Source: Callorhinchus milii
Lineage: Eukaryota
NCBI RefSeq assembly: GCF_018977255.1
Contig: NW_024704742.1
Location: 17,114,001 to 17,178,000 of the forward strand
Length of the DNA: 64,000 bases
Reading direction: 5' to 3'
Under the pieces are notes generated by a model. That model searched no databases. It saw only the letters and a program-made list of their open reading frames with translations, and was not told where the DNA came from. How positions within the stretch are numbered: the stretch's first letter is position 1; every line of letters starts with the position of its first letter. This document shows positions 11,455-25,722 of this stretch, one piece after another. Made by a program: the position numbers and the translations under genes.

Positions 11455-11616
11455 ACATTTAGTGTTTCATTTGAAGGATGGCACCTCCCACAATGCAGCT
11501 CTGCCCCCAACACTGCATTGGAGTGTCAGCGTAGATTCTATGAGTTCCAGGATCTGACTTGGGGTTTGATCCTACAATCTTCTGATTCAGAGACAACAGA
11601 GCTACCAACTGAGCCG
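11455..11616 (-). mobile_element. Old Deu-SINE 5' part with tRNA-like head
   Basis: Reverse-complement match to the head of the copy at 38890. Confidence 0.65.
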
Positions 11617-11978
11617 AGGTGACACACATCTTCATTTTTTGATTAGTAGCACATGCCATCTTAAACTGTCTTACAGGATCACAAGAGCGATCAGCCCATT
11701 TGATCTTATCCTTCCAAAATGCCCACCTCACTGTCCTCATATCAAGGCTTACTTTAAAAATGAGTTTGGAGTCCTGGCCTCAACCAGCCTTCCTGGTAAC
11801 CTATTTCAGTCATTGATTTGGTAAAGATTAAGATTGTAACATCAGAAGACTTGTCCGGGTGAAGAAAGCTCTTCAGCCATCCAATCTCATCCACCCAGAA
11901 CAACCCAGGACAACACTGTCCCCCCCATCACTGAATCTAGCTGCTTTTTAAATAACTGTAGTGTTGTGGCCTCTATTA

Positions 11979-14035
11979 CATAGAAACTTAGAAATAAAGA
12001 AACATGGAAATCCACTTTGCAGAAGGAGACCATTCAGCCCATCAAGCCTGCACCAGCTCACAGAGCAAAGATATTGCTTCAATCTTACTAGCAGCCTTAT
12101 CCCTTTACCTCTTCAAGCCCCTCTCTTTCATATGCCTGTTTACTTCCCTCTTGAAAGCTACAATGGACTCTGCCTGCACCACCCTACTCAGCAAAGCATT
12201 CCATATCGCAACTATTCTCTGGATGAACAAAATTCTCCTTTCAGTAACTAGGAGTGGCTACCTTATATTTATATCCCCTAGTTACTGATTCCCTTATCAG
12301 TGGAAATAACTTATCTCTATTTACTTAACAAATCCCCTTATGATTTTATACACCTCAATCAGATCCTCCATTAACCGTCTCTGCTCCAATGAAAGCAGAT
12401 CCAGCTTCTGAAATCTCTTTTCATAACTGTAATCCTTCATCCCCAGAATCATTCTCGTAAATCTCCTCTGTACCCCCTCCAATGCCTTAACATTTTTCCT
12501 GAAGTGAGGTGCCCAGAACTTGAATCAATAATTCAATTGCCCCTAACCAATGATTCATACAAATTTAGTTTAATCTTTTTAGTTTTTCTCTATGCCCCTG
12601 TATATAAAGTCCAGCATACTATTAGCCTTCTTTACAACCCTTGTCACTTGCAATGCCACTTTCAATGGCCTAAGTACTTGTACTCCCAAATCCCTTTATT
12701 CCTTGCAAAATACTTCCATTCAATATGTAACTCACTTCCCTTTTTCTGAACAAAAATAAATTACCTCACGTTACCTATCATTGAACCTCATCTTCTACTG
12801 ATCAGCCCATTGAACCAATCTGTTTAATTCTTCTTGCCATATCTTGCCATCCTCATCATTAGTCACAATACGTCTTAGCTTGTTATCATTCCGAAAATTT
12901 GACACCATATCCTTATATCCAAGTTGAGGTCCCTGATATGAATGGAAAAAAGGAAAGGCCCCCAACACAGATCTCTGTGACACCATTAACCACTTTCCTC
13001 CAACAGAAAAGCAACCTTTTAGCCCTATTCTCTGTTTTCTATCCTTCAACCACCCTCTCTATTCAAATTGCTGTGTTTCCCCCTATTCCATGTGTACTAA
13101 GTTTCTTAATCAATCTTCCATGCTGCACCTCATCAAATGTCTTTTGGAAATTCAAATATATTACATTCATAGCATTGCCGTGATCTACATTTGCAGTTAC
13201 TGTTTCAAAGAACACTATTAAATTGGTCAAACATCATCTGCCCTTCACAAATCCATGCTGATTATGCCTGACTAACCCATGTTTATCTAAGTACTCACTA
13301 ACCTGGTCCCTTCATATTGCCTCCAAAGATTTACACATAACTAATTTAAGGCTAATCGGCCCGTAGTTCTATGGCACCCTTCTTAAACAGAGGCACCACA
13401 TCTGTCATCCTCCAATTTACTGGCATCCCACTCAACTATAAAGACATTTTGATAATTATCGACAGAGGAGTGCCCCATGATTTCTAAATTTTTAATTCTC
13501 CTAATTTTTTTAGTATTGTTTCTTTTTTGATCTTAATTCCAAGCAATTGTTCCTCATTTGCCCTTTTTCATCTCTATGCTAGTATCTGTCTCCTCAGTGA
13601 AAACGGATGCAAAATACCTCCATCTTTACCACCAAATTACCGCTCTCATATGTAAGTGGTCTACCCTCTCCTGAGCTATTCTTTTGTTTCTAACATTCTT
13701 ATAAAAACCTTTACAGTTTTCTTTAATATTGTCCGATAGCCTTTTAGCATGTTCTCTCTTAGCCTTTCTAATTTCCCTTTTTTTCCCCACTTTTCTATGT
13801 CGTTGATCTATTTTCTGATTTTCCACCACATTGGTAGACCTTCAGTTTCAAAAGCCTCATTCTTTTCCTTTATTAACTTCCTGATATTTTTTGAAAGCCA
13901 TGGCACCCTATGTTTAGTTGCACCCATTTTGTTCCTAGTTGGAATGTGCCTGCTTTGCGCTCCTTCAATCTCACCTTTAAATAGGTCCCATTGCTGTTCA
14001 GTTGTTCAAGTTATTGATTATCCTCTTCGTAAATA
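11979..14035 (-). mobile_element. CR1 LINE, 5'-truncated, degraded ORF2/RT
   Basis: catagaaa-type terminus at 11979. Minus-strand peptides KQRIGLKGCFS, QRSVLG, ELNRLVQWAD and REIRKAKREH..NIKENCKGFYKNVRNKR are typical of CR1 ORF2. Confidence 0.9.
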
Positions 14036-14530
14036 AAAACTTACTGGTATCTGTCCTGAAATTGCCTGTTACAACTCTAAACCAATGTCCTCTTGTTCTA
14101 CTGTCATGATATATCCTAAAGTATTGATCTGGGTTTACTTTTTCAATCCCATTTAACATGTTATACACTTCTATGAAGTCCCCTCTGAGTTGTCTTCTCT
14201 CAAGGCTGAAGAGGCTTAGCTTGTCTAGTTATTGCTCAACTTGCCTTTTCTGTCCGTTACTTGGCTTTTGTCACCCTACATCTGTTTCTTGTTCTGTTTT
14301 CTCGATGCTTCTGAAAATATTTTACTTACTTATTTAAGTACTCATTTATATGGTTTTATAAGGTCGCCTCTGAGGTGTCCTTATCAAGATTGAAGTTCGC
14401 TAGCTTATCTAATCATTTCTCAGAACTCATTCCTCTAACCCCAGGGATCATACTTGTGGCTCTCCTCTCCACAATACTCCACGTTATATTGCAGCGAACA
14501 GAACTGTATGCAGCCTAGGAGCAGCCTGAC
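14036..14530 (-). mobile_element. Older CR1 3' fragments
   Basis: Similar to the CR1 C-terminal region (ttctctcaaggctgaagagg; cagaactgtatgcag). Confidence 0.55.
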
Positions 14531-15744
14531 CCAAAGTTTGTTACTGTTAGATTTGCCTTTCTTCCTTTATCTGCAAGATTGTTTTGCATTATGGCAAAAA
14601 CTAAGGAACTAATAAGCTGATGCAAGCATCCTCTTCCCTAGAAATAATTTCATGTAACCGGCTTTTTTTTTAGCAGTCAAATAAAATTTATGATCAATTA
14701 GTCAACGATATTGATTATTCAACATGCCTGGACCTCAGAGTTCAATAATGCTCAGCATTTTAAAGATCTCATTCCTTCTTGGCAGAGCAATTCATTCCAC
14801 CCTAGTCACATACATATTTAGTTTGGCATAATGCTAACAAACCCCTGCATATTTTGCTGTTGCTGCATCATTACTGTTAAGGAAAAGGTCAGCCAAAGGT
14901 GTTATTGCACATGGTCAGTTGGTTACCAAAATTTCCTACTACAGCTTTGCCTTTAAACTGTGGAATTCCTCATCCAGCTTTACTACTGACTGAGATATAT
15001 TCTAAGATTCAACTTTCTATAATTTACAACACATTCTGTACTGTGAAAACATTTTGCACCATTTAGCTCCTGTAATTGTTTTTGATAATGTGTCCTGCTG
15101 TAAATCAACCTGCAACCTAAGAGATTTCTTAAGTACTGGATATGAATTTTCCAAATGTGCTGGAGGTGTACGCATTAACACTATCCTGAAGATGAATCTT
15201 CTATTTATCTTCCAGTTCATGGATTATGGCCTTTGACAACTGACTAGTGGGATCACAGCTTTATCACAACTCAACAGTAAAGCCACCAGCCTGCTAACCA
15301 GTGGTTGAAAGCTGTGAGTATGAGCCAAAAGACAAATGGATCAAAATGCTCCAGTTATTGCCTCAACTTTGATCAGCTCACTAAGTCAGCTCATAGACCA
15401 GAAATCAAACCTGTGACCTTCTGGTCTTTTTGTCTTTATCTTCCACTGGATAGTGCTTTTCTCCCTAAATCATCAGGTGAGAAGTGTTTAATTGTTCTAG
15501 AGAAAATCCCATTTGTAATGTGATGGCTGTATAAACCTCTGCTCTACCAGATTACTACTTGAATAGAATCTGGAATAGCCACTCTAATCAAATATCAGTA
15601 CGGTTCTGCATATTTTCAGCTTTCACTAACTTTTATGCTCCACACTTTCAGAGATGTCAATCAAAGATTTTCTTCAAAGTGCAAACCTTTGTCTATCTGC
15701 TTTTTCTTATTATGTTGACAACGTGAATTGAATTGTATTCAATT

Positions 15745-17813
15745 CTCCAATCCTCCAACTTTCACTGCGAGGAGATGCTGGATTTTCTTAATAATCCTAA
15801 TAATAATCCTTGCATTTGATATAGCGCTTTTCACGTCGGGAGGACGTCCCAAAGCGCTTCACAGAACACACTGTAAAGTGAATTGACTGTATATTTGTGG
15901 GCGAACGCGGCAACCAATTGCGCATAGCAATGTCCCACAAACAGTCGTAGATTGAAAATGACCAATTTCTTATTGTTTTTGGTTTTTTTGGAGGGATTAT
16001 TATTAGGCGTGTGGAGTAAGGAAACTTGCCCAAGGTTTCGCCCTCTGCCTGGAATTGAACTCAGGTCTCTCGCTTGCAAAGCGAGTGCTCTAACCACTGA
16101 GCTACAGGACTCCACTCTTGAATCCAAAATCAAGGGAATCCGCTCCGCGGTCACTGCCCCTCCAACTTCCACCCACCCCTTCCCTCCCACACTCCGACTC
16201 CTACCCATCCTCCCCTTCGAACCCGTTTCCCCATCCCTTGTCACCAACCTCATCCTGTTCCTGAAACCCACCTTCTTGACCCCATCCCCACTCCACTCCT
16301 TATCTCCCAGCTCCACCTCCTTGCCCCACTTCTCACAGACATCATCAACCTGTCCCTCTCCTCTGGCTCTGTTCCCATTCCCCTAAAAACTGCCAGTATC
16401 ACTCCCACTTTGAAAAACCCTCCCTTGATACATCGCAGCTATTAAGCTACCGGGCCATCTCCAACCTCCCCTTCCTGTCCAAGGTCCTTGAAAGAGTTGT
16501 CGCCTCCCAGCTGCGCTGTTTCCTCTCCACCCACTCACTATTCGAACCCCTTCAGTCAGGTTTCCGTGCTGCCCATAGCACAGAAACTGCCCTGGTCAAG
16601 GTCACCAATGACATCCTGACCATCTGTGACCAGGGTTCCCTTTGCCTCCTCGTCCTCCTCGACCTATCGGCCGCATTCGATACGGTCGACCACGCTATCC
16701 TCCTCCACCGCTTGTCCTCCCACCTCAACCTTCAAGGCCCTGTCCTTGAGTGGTTTAGGTCGTACCACTCCCACTATCTCCATTTTGTTTCCACAAATGG
16801 CTTTTCCTCCGGCCTCCGCACTGTCTCGTGCGGTGTCCCTCAGGGCTCTGTACTCGGTCCCCTCCTCTTCACCCTCTATATGCTCCCCCTTGGTGACATC
16901 ATCCGCAGACATGGGGTTAACTTCCACATGTATGCGGATGACACCCAACTCTACCTTTCCTCCTCTACCCTCAACTCCACGACCACCGATGTCCTGACAG
17001 CCTGCCTGTCTGACATCGAGTCCTGGACAAGAGACAACTTTCTTCAGCTCAATGTGCGCAAAACTGAGGCCCTCCTGATTGGCTCACATCAGCGCCTCCG
17101 CACCTCAGGCGCTGACAGCATCAGCATCCAAGGCTGCACTCTCCACCTCTCAAAGCCAGTCAGGAACCTCGGGGTTCTGTTTGACCCTGAGCTGTCCTTT
17201 TCTACCTCAAATCCGCGCCACAACTGGCACCACCTTCCATCACCTCCGGAATATCGCCAGACTATGGCACTACCTCACCCCTCACGCTGTTTTATCACCT
17301 CAAGGCTGGACTATGGGAACTCTCTCCTCGTCGGACTTCCCGGCACCTCCCTCCACAAGCTGCAGGTTATTCAGAACTCTGCAGCTCGTGTACTGTCCCG
17401 CACCAGGCTTCGGGACCACATCACTCCCACCCTCGCTCGCCTCCACTGGCTCCCCATCCCCCAGAGGATTGAATTCAAGATCCTCATCCTCACCTACAAG
17501 GCCATTCATGGCTTGCTCCCTCCTACCTCTCTGACCTACTATCCCCCTACTTACCTGGAACTCCATCCCCCAGTGCCTTCGCCTTGCTTCCTCCCTTTCC
17601 TCCTTCAAGGCAGGTCTCAAGACCTTTCTCTTCGACCGTGCCTTCAGCTCCCCTCTCGACTCTCTACCCCATCCTCGCTCCCTCCCTTCCCTCCTCTCAC
17701 CCTGACCATTTTCCCCCTGCTCGGGTCCCGACCCAACTGTCCCGTGCCTTGGGACGTCCTCCCGACGTGAAAGGCGCTCTATAAATGAAATCTTGTTGTT
17801 GTTGTTGTTGTTG
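15745..17813 (+). mobile_element. L2-clade LINE, 5'-truncated, with an RT domain and frameshifts; SINE inserted near the 5' end
   Basis: [73 protein letters not shown] and LHWLP motifs, with a (TTG)n tail. Confidence 0.95.
15790..16114 (-). mobile_element. tRNA-Ala-like-headed SINE, full length, inside L2
   Basis: Same consensus as the other copies, flanked by tctt on both sides. Confidence 0.95.
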
Positions 17814-18379
17814 TATCTTGGAGAAAATGCCTGTAATTTAAAGGAATGTAGAATACATAAGACTACAAAAGAGATTGAAAATCCATCTGGACACTATACA
17901 TGCTACATATGCTATATATGCTATAACACATAAAAACCATGGGGCCATAAAAACAACTCCAAATATATTAGGTTGGGTTACAGTGCGGCTGCATGTTAGT
18001 ACCTCTGGATCAGCAGGTCACCAAAGATGTCTCTGCTTACGTTGCTGAACATACATGCAGTGTAGTGCAGCGTGCAAGAAGTCAGAAACCACTCTCAATA
18101 GCAGGTGCAGTGATTTCTGGGACACCAGGAAGCCTCTGAGCTGCCGCAATGTGCCAAAAGCGGAAATGTTCCACATTTCTAGTATACTGTGATATCACCG
18201 CGAACCCACACTATGAAGCGAGTGAAGCAGATTAATACCAAAGTCTATCTAACTATCTATCGTCAGGAAAATAATTTTCTTCTGAGTTACTTTGGGCAGT
18301 ATGATATACGGTATTAATTCTGTATGAAGTGGTTCAACTGTAATCTCCTATTGAATTTGTTGACACAATTTAAAAATAA

Positions 18380-18545
18380 AATAATAATCCTCACATCATG
18401 TTGTTGGGAGCCCTCAAAGAGCTTCACAGAATTTTTACCGTGAAATGTAGTGACTGAGTATTTGTTGGCAAATGTGGCAGTCAGTTTGGGACACAGCAAT
18501 GTCCCACAAACAGCCGTGAAGTGAGTAACCAATTTTATTGACTGC
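18380..18545 (-). mobile_element. Old Deu-SINE fragment
   Basis: cacagcaatgtcccacaaacagcc core. Confidence 0.75.
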
Positions 18546-19789
18546 ACTGCCTCCCTGGATAGCCTATTCCATATATAACTTACTCTGCAAAGATATTTAA
18601 GTGTAGGAACATGGGATTTCAGTGTATGCTGACATACAACAGTTTTATATATGAGTCTATTTCTCAAAACTAGATTCTATAATTCTAAAAGTGAAAGTAA
18701 CCCCCCCCCCAGTCTAATGTTACATTAGATCAAGACTTTCTTGATGACAAAGCAAACAATATTATTTCAAAGAATGAATTAAATGTTCTGTTTTTCAAAG
18801 GATATCCCAATGCTGACAGCACACTACGATGCCCGATCCAGTCAGTCTGGGTGCCAAATGGCAACAGTCATAGGGCTGGCCAAAATAAACCTGCAGAAAA
18901 TTATGTTTCATAAGGTCACACAGTTAGATAGACATAAAAAGAACAAGTTTGTGAAGCTGATCCAGAAAATCGGCAATGTAAGCCCCATCTTGTATTTGTG
19001 CAATAGTCTGATAACATAAGACAACTTCAGTGATCAGGAAATGATAAACTGAGGAAGGAATCAGTTTTAAAAAGAAAACACTAAGCTGATTCCTTTATTT
19101 ATTAGTTTTGTCAGGTGATAATCCAAAGTTTATTATCTACAAAGACCGATTAAACTAAAGGAAAGAGGTATGAAGATGTTTACTGCAGGAGGAAAGGGAG
19201 TCTAAAAAACAGCTTAATGTGAAAAGCAGCTCAATGAAACTATGGTCTTTGTATGAATTCACTTAACTTGTCCATATTTCAAGAGAGTGGGGTGAACCTG
19301 CTTAATTATAATAATAATAATAATAATAATCCTTGCATTTAATTCAATGGCTATATTAAGGCATACTCTCATTTGGCACTGAATTCAACAGCAGCTTGTA
19401 TTACTAGTGGGAGGGAGGAAAGGTGGGAGAACACAGCTAGGACGAAACAGCTAGAATTATTACCAGCATGAAATGATTTTTCAAAAGTTTATTGTTTACA
19501 AGACATTCAGGTCACCGAAGAGAGTTGGATACCAAAAGCATTTCTGATCTTGAATTATATGCAAGCTAAACTAAAGTGTGTTAGCTTCTATAATTTCGGT
19601 GTTGAACTTGTATTTACCTCTGTGGTATAAGCTTAGGCTTGCAGTAACTATGGGTGATCATCACCAAGCATCAATTCTATCATGTTTAGGAGAGCACTGA
19701 TTTAATTCTCTGAAATATCAATGCTTTCAGCTATGCACTGTGGCCTGGGAGAGACGTGGAGTAATAATCATTACTGTGAATCTTGGTTG

Positions 19790-19960
19790 ATTTTCTGCTT
19801 CAGAGTCAAGGATATCAAAGCAAGGATGTCAGAATGCTCCACTGCTATCTGGCTGCAGTTAGCTAACCTCAGCAAAGGACCAGTGATCGAATCTACAAGC
19901 CTCCCAGTCTGCATGGCTCAGTGTTATGAATAGTATTGCCTTGACTAACTAAGCTATCAG
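19790..19960 (-). mobile_element. Second, older tRNA-SINE-like family fragment
   Basis: Similar to segments at ~15360-15470, ~30000-30190, ~32560-32680 and ~51640-51890. Confidence 0.5.
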
Positions 19961-20407
19961 TATCAATAAGCTGCTCGGTACTTTAGCAAGAAATGTCCTT
20001 GAAGTATTTTTCCATAGTACAAAAATAAACATCCACAAAAGTTTTTACTGGATTTTGTACTTTCGAATGCGAGAAAAAGTAAAATAATTACTGTACCTGT
20101 AACGTTTATAGCTATGCTCTAACCAACTTTGATTGTTTCTTTGTTGAAGAAAGAATAATTCAGTAAATTGGAAATAGAGTAACAGGAAATGTAGCTGCCC
20201 TCAATAGATTTAAAAATCAATGGTCCAGTAATGTCTTTCAGTAACCTCTAGTGGGAGTTCTGACTAAGACGCTGCTATTTATGGTTGCCGAACGTCAAAC
20301 AAATGTTCTTCTACCTTATTCAACTGCAAGAGAGTCATTCGATTTTTATACCAGTGTTTTATAACAGAATTTATACTGTATAATGAGGAGCCTGAGACCC
20401 ATTGAGT

Positions 20408-20765
20408 AATAATAAACTTTGCATTTGGTTGTGCGCCAACGTCTCAAAGCGCTTGACAACGTTTACTGTAACGTGCAGTGACAGTGTATTTGAAGGTGAA
20501 TGTGGTAGCTATCTTTGTGCATAGCAATGTCCCAAAAAGAGCCATAAAGTGAGCCACCAATTTTATCTAGAGGATTGTTGGTCACGAACACCCTTCTCTT
20601 TTTGAATAGTGCCATGGGACCTTTAATTCCCACTTAAACAGGCAAATGGGACATTGATTTAATATCTCATCTGAACAGCAGCACCTCAGACAATAGAGTG
20701 CTATCCAGCACTGGATTAGAGTGTCAGACTATGATATTTAAAGTCTAACATGGGGCTTGAAACCA
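20408..20765 (-). mobile_element. Old Deu-SINE, near full length
   Basis: aatagtgccatgggacctttaa Deu core plus tail. Confidence 0.8.
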
Positions 20766-23700
20766 CAGAAAATCATTTCTCCTTCAGCTGATTTACAACT
20801 GTATTGACTTTAAAATGTTATTTATTCTTGAATCCTATTGTTTAGATTAACTTTTTAACTTCAGTGTTTTATTTTTAGAGATACTTTTGCCACAATCCCC
20901 CCACCAGTTTGCCCGCAATCTTTGGAAGACAAAACTTAATTTTATGTGAAGCCTAAGAAGTTGCTAATAAAGTTTTAATTGCACAAGTAATACTAAGCAG
21001 AAAGGGAAATTCAAAGGTTCAGTAGGTCCATGACACATTAGGAACTAACACTTTTATTTAACAATTAATACTTCAAGCATTTCTTTTCTTGAGGTGGCTG
21101 TACTTTTTGGTTGATCTTATTTTCTGTGTTTGCTTCTTTTAAAACAACTTAAACAGTCCAGAGCAGGACAATTTACACCCCATAGTGTGCTAGAGAGCTG
21201 TATGAGGGTATTCTTCATTAGGCCTGATATTCTCCATTCAAATGTAAAGGTACAGAGTTCAAGACCCCTCCCCCAGGCTATATTTTCAACATTGTGATTG
21301 AATATTATTAGTGTATCTAGTTACATATGGTATACAAAGAACAACTCACAGGTAATGGTGAGTAATGACAGTTCGTAAATAACTGTAATGGCCTGTCAGG
21401 CTACTTTTGAGTTATATCAATGTAATGTTAATCTGCAGAAAGTTTTGGACAGATCTGTACATTGGTTACATAACATCTGCTTGATATTGTAACCATATTC
21501 CTTGTGGTTAACAATAAGCAATTTTATACACAAAATCACCAGGTGACAATAACGCAGACACTTGTTGATGCTCAAGAAGTTTAATATACAGAAAGCATTG
21601 ACTAATACACCAGGAGAACTCCCTGCTTATCTTCAAAATAGTGCCATTGCGATAGCACATTGTCAAAATGTCCCAAAGTGCTTTGGAGAATTTACTGTGA
21701 GGAGCTGTGACAGTGGGTGAGCCTATTTCTGTTGCAGTCTACTGTATATGTTTGGCAGAAATTATGACCAAAACGGAATCCACTATTCTCAGGGTGGTCT
21801 GACCAGTGATTGTAAACAGTGTCGCAGTATAACATCTGTCAACTTTCATTTCTTCTGTTCTGGCTACATATTAATATTTAAAATTGTTTTTCTAAATGGT
21901 CTATTAATAATAGTCATGCACTACTCCCAGGTCTTTTACAAAGTCTCCCTGCTCCAGTTCAGTTCCATTCATTATGTATTTATATCCCATATGTGATACT
22001 TTAGTGTATGCTAAGTTCGGAATTTATTTTCCCATGTGTCTGCCCAGCTGTATAACCAGTCTAAATCCATTTGGAAATCTTTTCCTTCAACCTCTTAATC
22101 AATATAGCTGAGAATTATGCACTTCTAATTATTTAAAGAAAAATCTTCCCATTGAAAATAGGATCAATAGGGAGGACTTGCTTGTAATTGCATTATTTTA
22201 CTATTACACAATTCTCTTTCTCAGGATATTTTCTTTCTTCCTGATTCTAACAATTGTCTTCATCAGGCTTTTTTCCAAGTGCTCCAAAACACTATCCTGC
22301 ATGAAGAGAACTATATAAATGGAAGTCACTGTTTTCTAGTGAGCTTTCCTTACTAGTGTTAGATAGGTCATCATTAGTCAATGTGAACAGAAAGCATTAT
22401 TTACTTATCACCTCAAGGTGTTTTATTAGACCATTAGCCTTCACTAATAATCCTTGCAAACATTCAACACCCCTTTCTGCAGGAATTCACCACTATGTAG
22501 GATTGTCTTGGTCTTTGGAGTTTAATAGGTTCTGTTGCAAATCAAGAACTAAGTTGCCATTGTTGAGCTCCAGACTGTTTTGTGGTAATACAACAAAGCT
22601 TCTTGTGAGGTCCATCAAGGCTTTTTCCAACTTTCATCTATCTCTATGAAAACCATTAAGAGTATGTATAGTCAGTATTTTAAAAAAACTTTCAGCAAAT
22701 AATTGTTTTTTTCTTTGCTGTGCTCACCAGAAACTGGTTCAAATATAAGCATAACAGGTACGAAACCCGTTGAGGGTTAGCAGACATGATCCATAGTGAT
22801 CTGTCACCGTCATCAGACACAGTAGTACTTCATTGGTTTTAAGAGATTTCAAAACTTTAATGATAATTCAAAATCAAAACAAAAGTGAAAAGAAGGTGAT
22901 AAAAACTGCTTCTGCAGCACTTCCAGCAATAACAAAGGCTTGTGAAACTAAAATTCACATACTGACTCAACAGAGAAATAACAAAGACTGTTATGTTGAC
23001 ACACATTCAGAAGCACAAGTGATTTCAGCAAAATCCGGGAGGGAAAAGGCAATGTGTTATTTTATGTCAAAGAACTCACTGTTCACTGGAAGCCAGCAGA
23101 AGAAAGATTTCTGCTGTGACTCTTTTATAAGTATACCACAGTTGAAATGTATGTTCCTGTCCAAGCATAAACTCAGGGTGTACTTCCCAATGTATTCATG
23201 CATTCTCCACTTCATTATTAAGATGGAAGGTAAGCTGAATGCCAGTGACCATGTGGGAATTTGGATCTGATTTTTCAATTTTTGAGATTTTTTTAATCCT
23301 GCAATAAAAAAAGGTTGGATGCAGAATGTCTTAATGATAGATTTATAGGACAGCTTCACCCGTTAGCTCTTACAATGCAATTCAGGTTATTTTATCCAGA
23401 TACATTAAAGTTCTCAAGTCAGCCTGGCCATGTCTATAATAGAACCCTAGCAAACTTTAATCTTCTCTCACTTATTGGTTGCAGCTCTAGCCTTTGGGAG
23501 CCAGTTTTTCATTAATCCAATACGAGTGGAGCTTTACAAGACTCTGTTCTGGAACGTGAATGCAATTAGAAGCAAGTTATTGGACATTGACTAGAAGCAT
23601 AGAATTAAGGCCTGAATACAAAGTGAGTGACCCTCAAACAACATGAGAGATTTGAAGAAACCTCCCCACTACTAAGCTTAAGCAGCTTTTCAATGTGTTG

Positions 23701-24877
23701 ATGAACTATTTCTAAAAAGAAACTGGATACATAGGAACATAATAGTAAACGATAGGCATGGGGCAGTTAAATAAGTCCTGGACATGATGTTTCCTGTACA
23801 GATAACAACAAAAACCACAAGATTACATTTGTATAGCGCCTTTCACATCGGGAGGACGTCCCAAGGCGCTGAAATTTCATAATGAAAAATAAGAATCATT
23901 TACTCTTATGACTGCTTCCTGCTACATCAGCCAAGGGAGAAGAATATCTTCCTCATGCTTAATTCCATGCTGTTCTGTAATTCATTGAAAGAAGTTTTAA
24001 GTTCAGTGCAGAATAACTAATGTGTTGTCCCCATTTCTTCTCTTGTGAGATGCTTTGCCAATGCATATTACTCCCCCTAGCAACCTACAATGGAACTCAC
24101 AAAATGTACACTGTTAGAGCAGGTGAACTCAAAAATCAATGAATCAAAGTAGCTTGTGTTGCTCTGAAATGCACCCTGATCTGAACACTTTGTTGATTTC
24201 ACCTTATTAAAAATTGTGCCTTAAATATTAAGATCATAAAGAAGCATGGAACATTGCAAGTTATTTGGCACATAAGTGCATTCCATCAACAGTCCATAAA
24301 TCATTTGCCCATCTCTGGTCCCTCGTGTTAGATTAATATTTTGCAATGGTATGCTATGTGCAATTACGTGTGTTTATGACATTTTGTGGTTTCTTTGTTA
24401 TGCTCTGGACCTTTACTTTTTGTACTTCAGTTTCCTTGTTGACACATGTTTCAGATTATTAATCCATTTATAATAGTCCTGTGGACTTTGTGGAATGGTA
24501 ATGCTTGCTGACTTTATGAGATACAGGGGCATCGGGCGGGGGGGTGGCGGGGGGGGACACATTTTCTGCCAAAGGTTAGAAACTGTACTGACAAGGAAAG
24601 AATAACTCCATTACTTCTTTTCTCTCCTTTGTCCTCGTTAAAGTTCATATAAACATGTGAAACATAGCTTCAGTTTTGTTTGAAGTCCATTTTATGCCAC
24701 ACCAAACATTACATCACCTTTAACAGAATTTGCTTTTCTATCCATTAGCATTAGATGCAATGCATCACCCCCACACTGTTGAAGTTTTCAGTGTTGTTGC
24801 TTGTTCATTACGTAAAGGCATATAGAACAGATGTTTAAACCAAGATCTTATCTGCAACTCAAATGGATGTTAAAATA

Positions 24878-25260
24878 ATTATAATCCTTGCATTTGATTT
24901 AGCACCTTTCCCGTCGGGAAGAAGTCTCAAAGCATTTCACAGCATTTACTAAAAAGTGTAGTGACTCTGTATTTTGTAAGCAAATCCAGCAGCCAAATTG
25001 CATAACAATATCCCCAAAACAGAAGTAAATAACCAATTTTATCTTGGGAATTGTTGGCTAGGACACTGAGATAAACTTTATTCTCTTTTCAAATAGTGCC
25101 ATGGGAACTTTGATATCCACCTGAACAGACTTGGCTTAACATTTTATTAGCAATTACTGAAGTATCAGCCTAAGCTGTGAGCTCCATGTCCCGACATGGG
25201 GCTTGAACTCATATCCTTCATACTCAAAGGCAAGAGTCTCCCAAGTGAGCCAGACTGACA
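24878..25260 (-). mobile_element. Old Deu-SINE with tRNA-like head
   Basis: Tail, aatagtgccatgggaactttg core and head (ggcttgaactc...tgagcca). Confidence 0.8.
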
Positions 25261-25499
25261 CCAGGCTGTTCCGTGGCTTCCAGGGACACCAGAGATATTT
25301 TTGGTATAGCCAACATGCCTTAACACTCACAATTTGGTATATTAAACCCTTTATGTTTTACAAGAGAATATATCACCGGTATAATTGTATGGATATTTTC
25401 CAGTTTTCCAGTTTTATATTTTGTTATTTTGTTTTCAGTACCCATTAGATATTTTTATCTATCATTTTTTTGTTTGCTTTCTCTTCTGTTTCAAGTGCA

Positions 25500-25722
25500 A
25501 ATTTGAAAAGAGAAGGGAGTTTCTCCCAGTGTCCAGGACCAACAGTCCCCCTGATAAAATTGGTCATTCACTTCATTGCTGTTTGTGAGACATTGCTCTG
25601 TGCAAATAGGCAGGCACGTCAGTGAAAAAATCTAATCACTACATTTTACAGTAAATCCTGTAAATTACTTTGAGACTTTGGGAGAACAAAATAAAAGTCA
25701 CTACATTAAATGCAAGGATTTT
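25500..25722 (+). mobile_element. Old Deu-SINE 3' half
   Basis: ggagtttctcccagtgtccagg...gctgtttgtgagacattgc...aaatgcaaggat. Confidence 0.75.

Noticed and set aside
16712..17770. 352-aa ORF as a host gene or active element
   Set aside because: It is a frameshifted, 5'-truncated L2 reverse transcriptase fragment.
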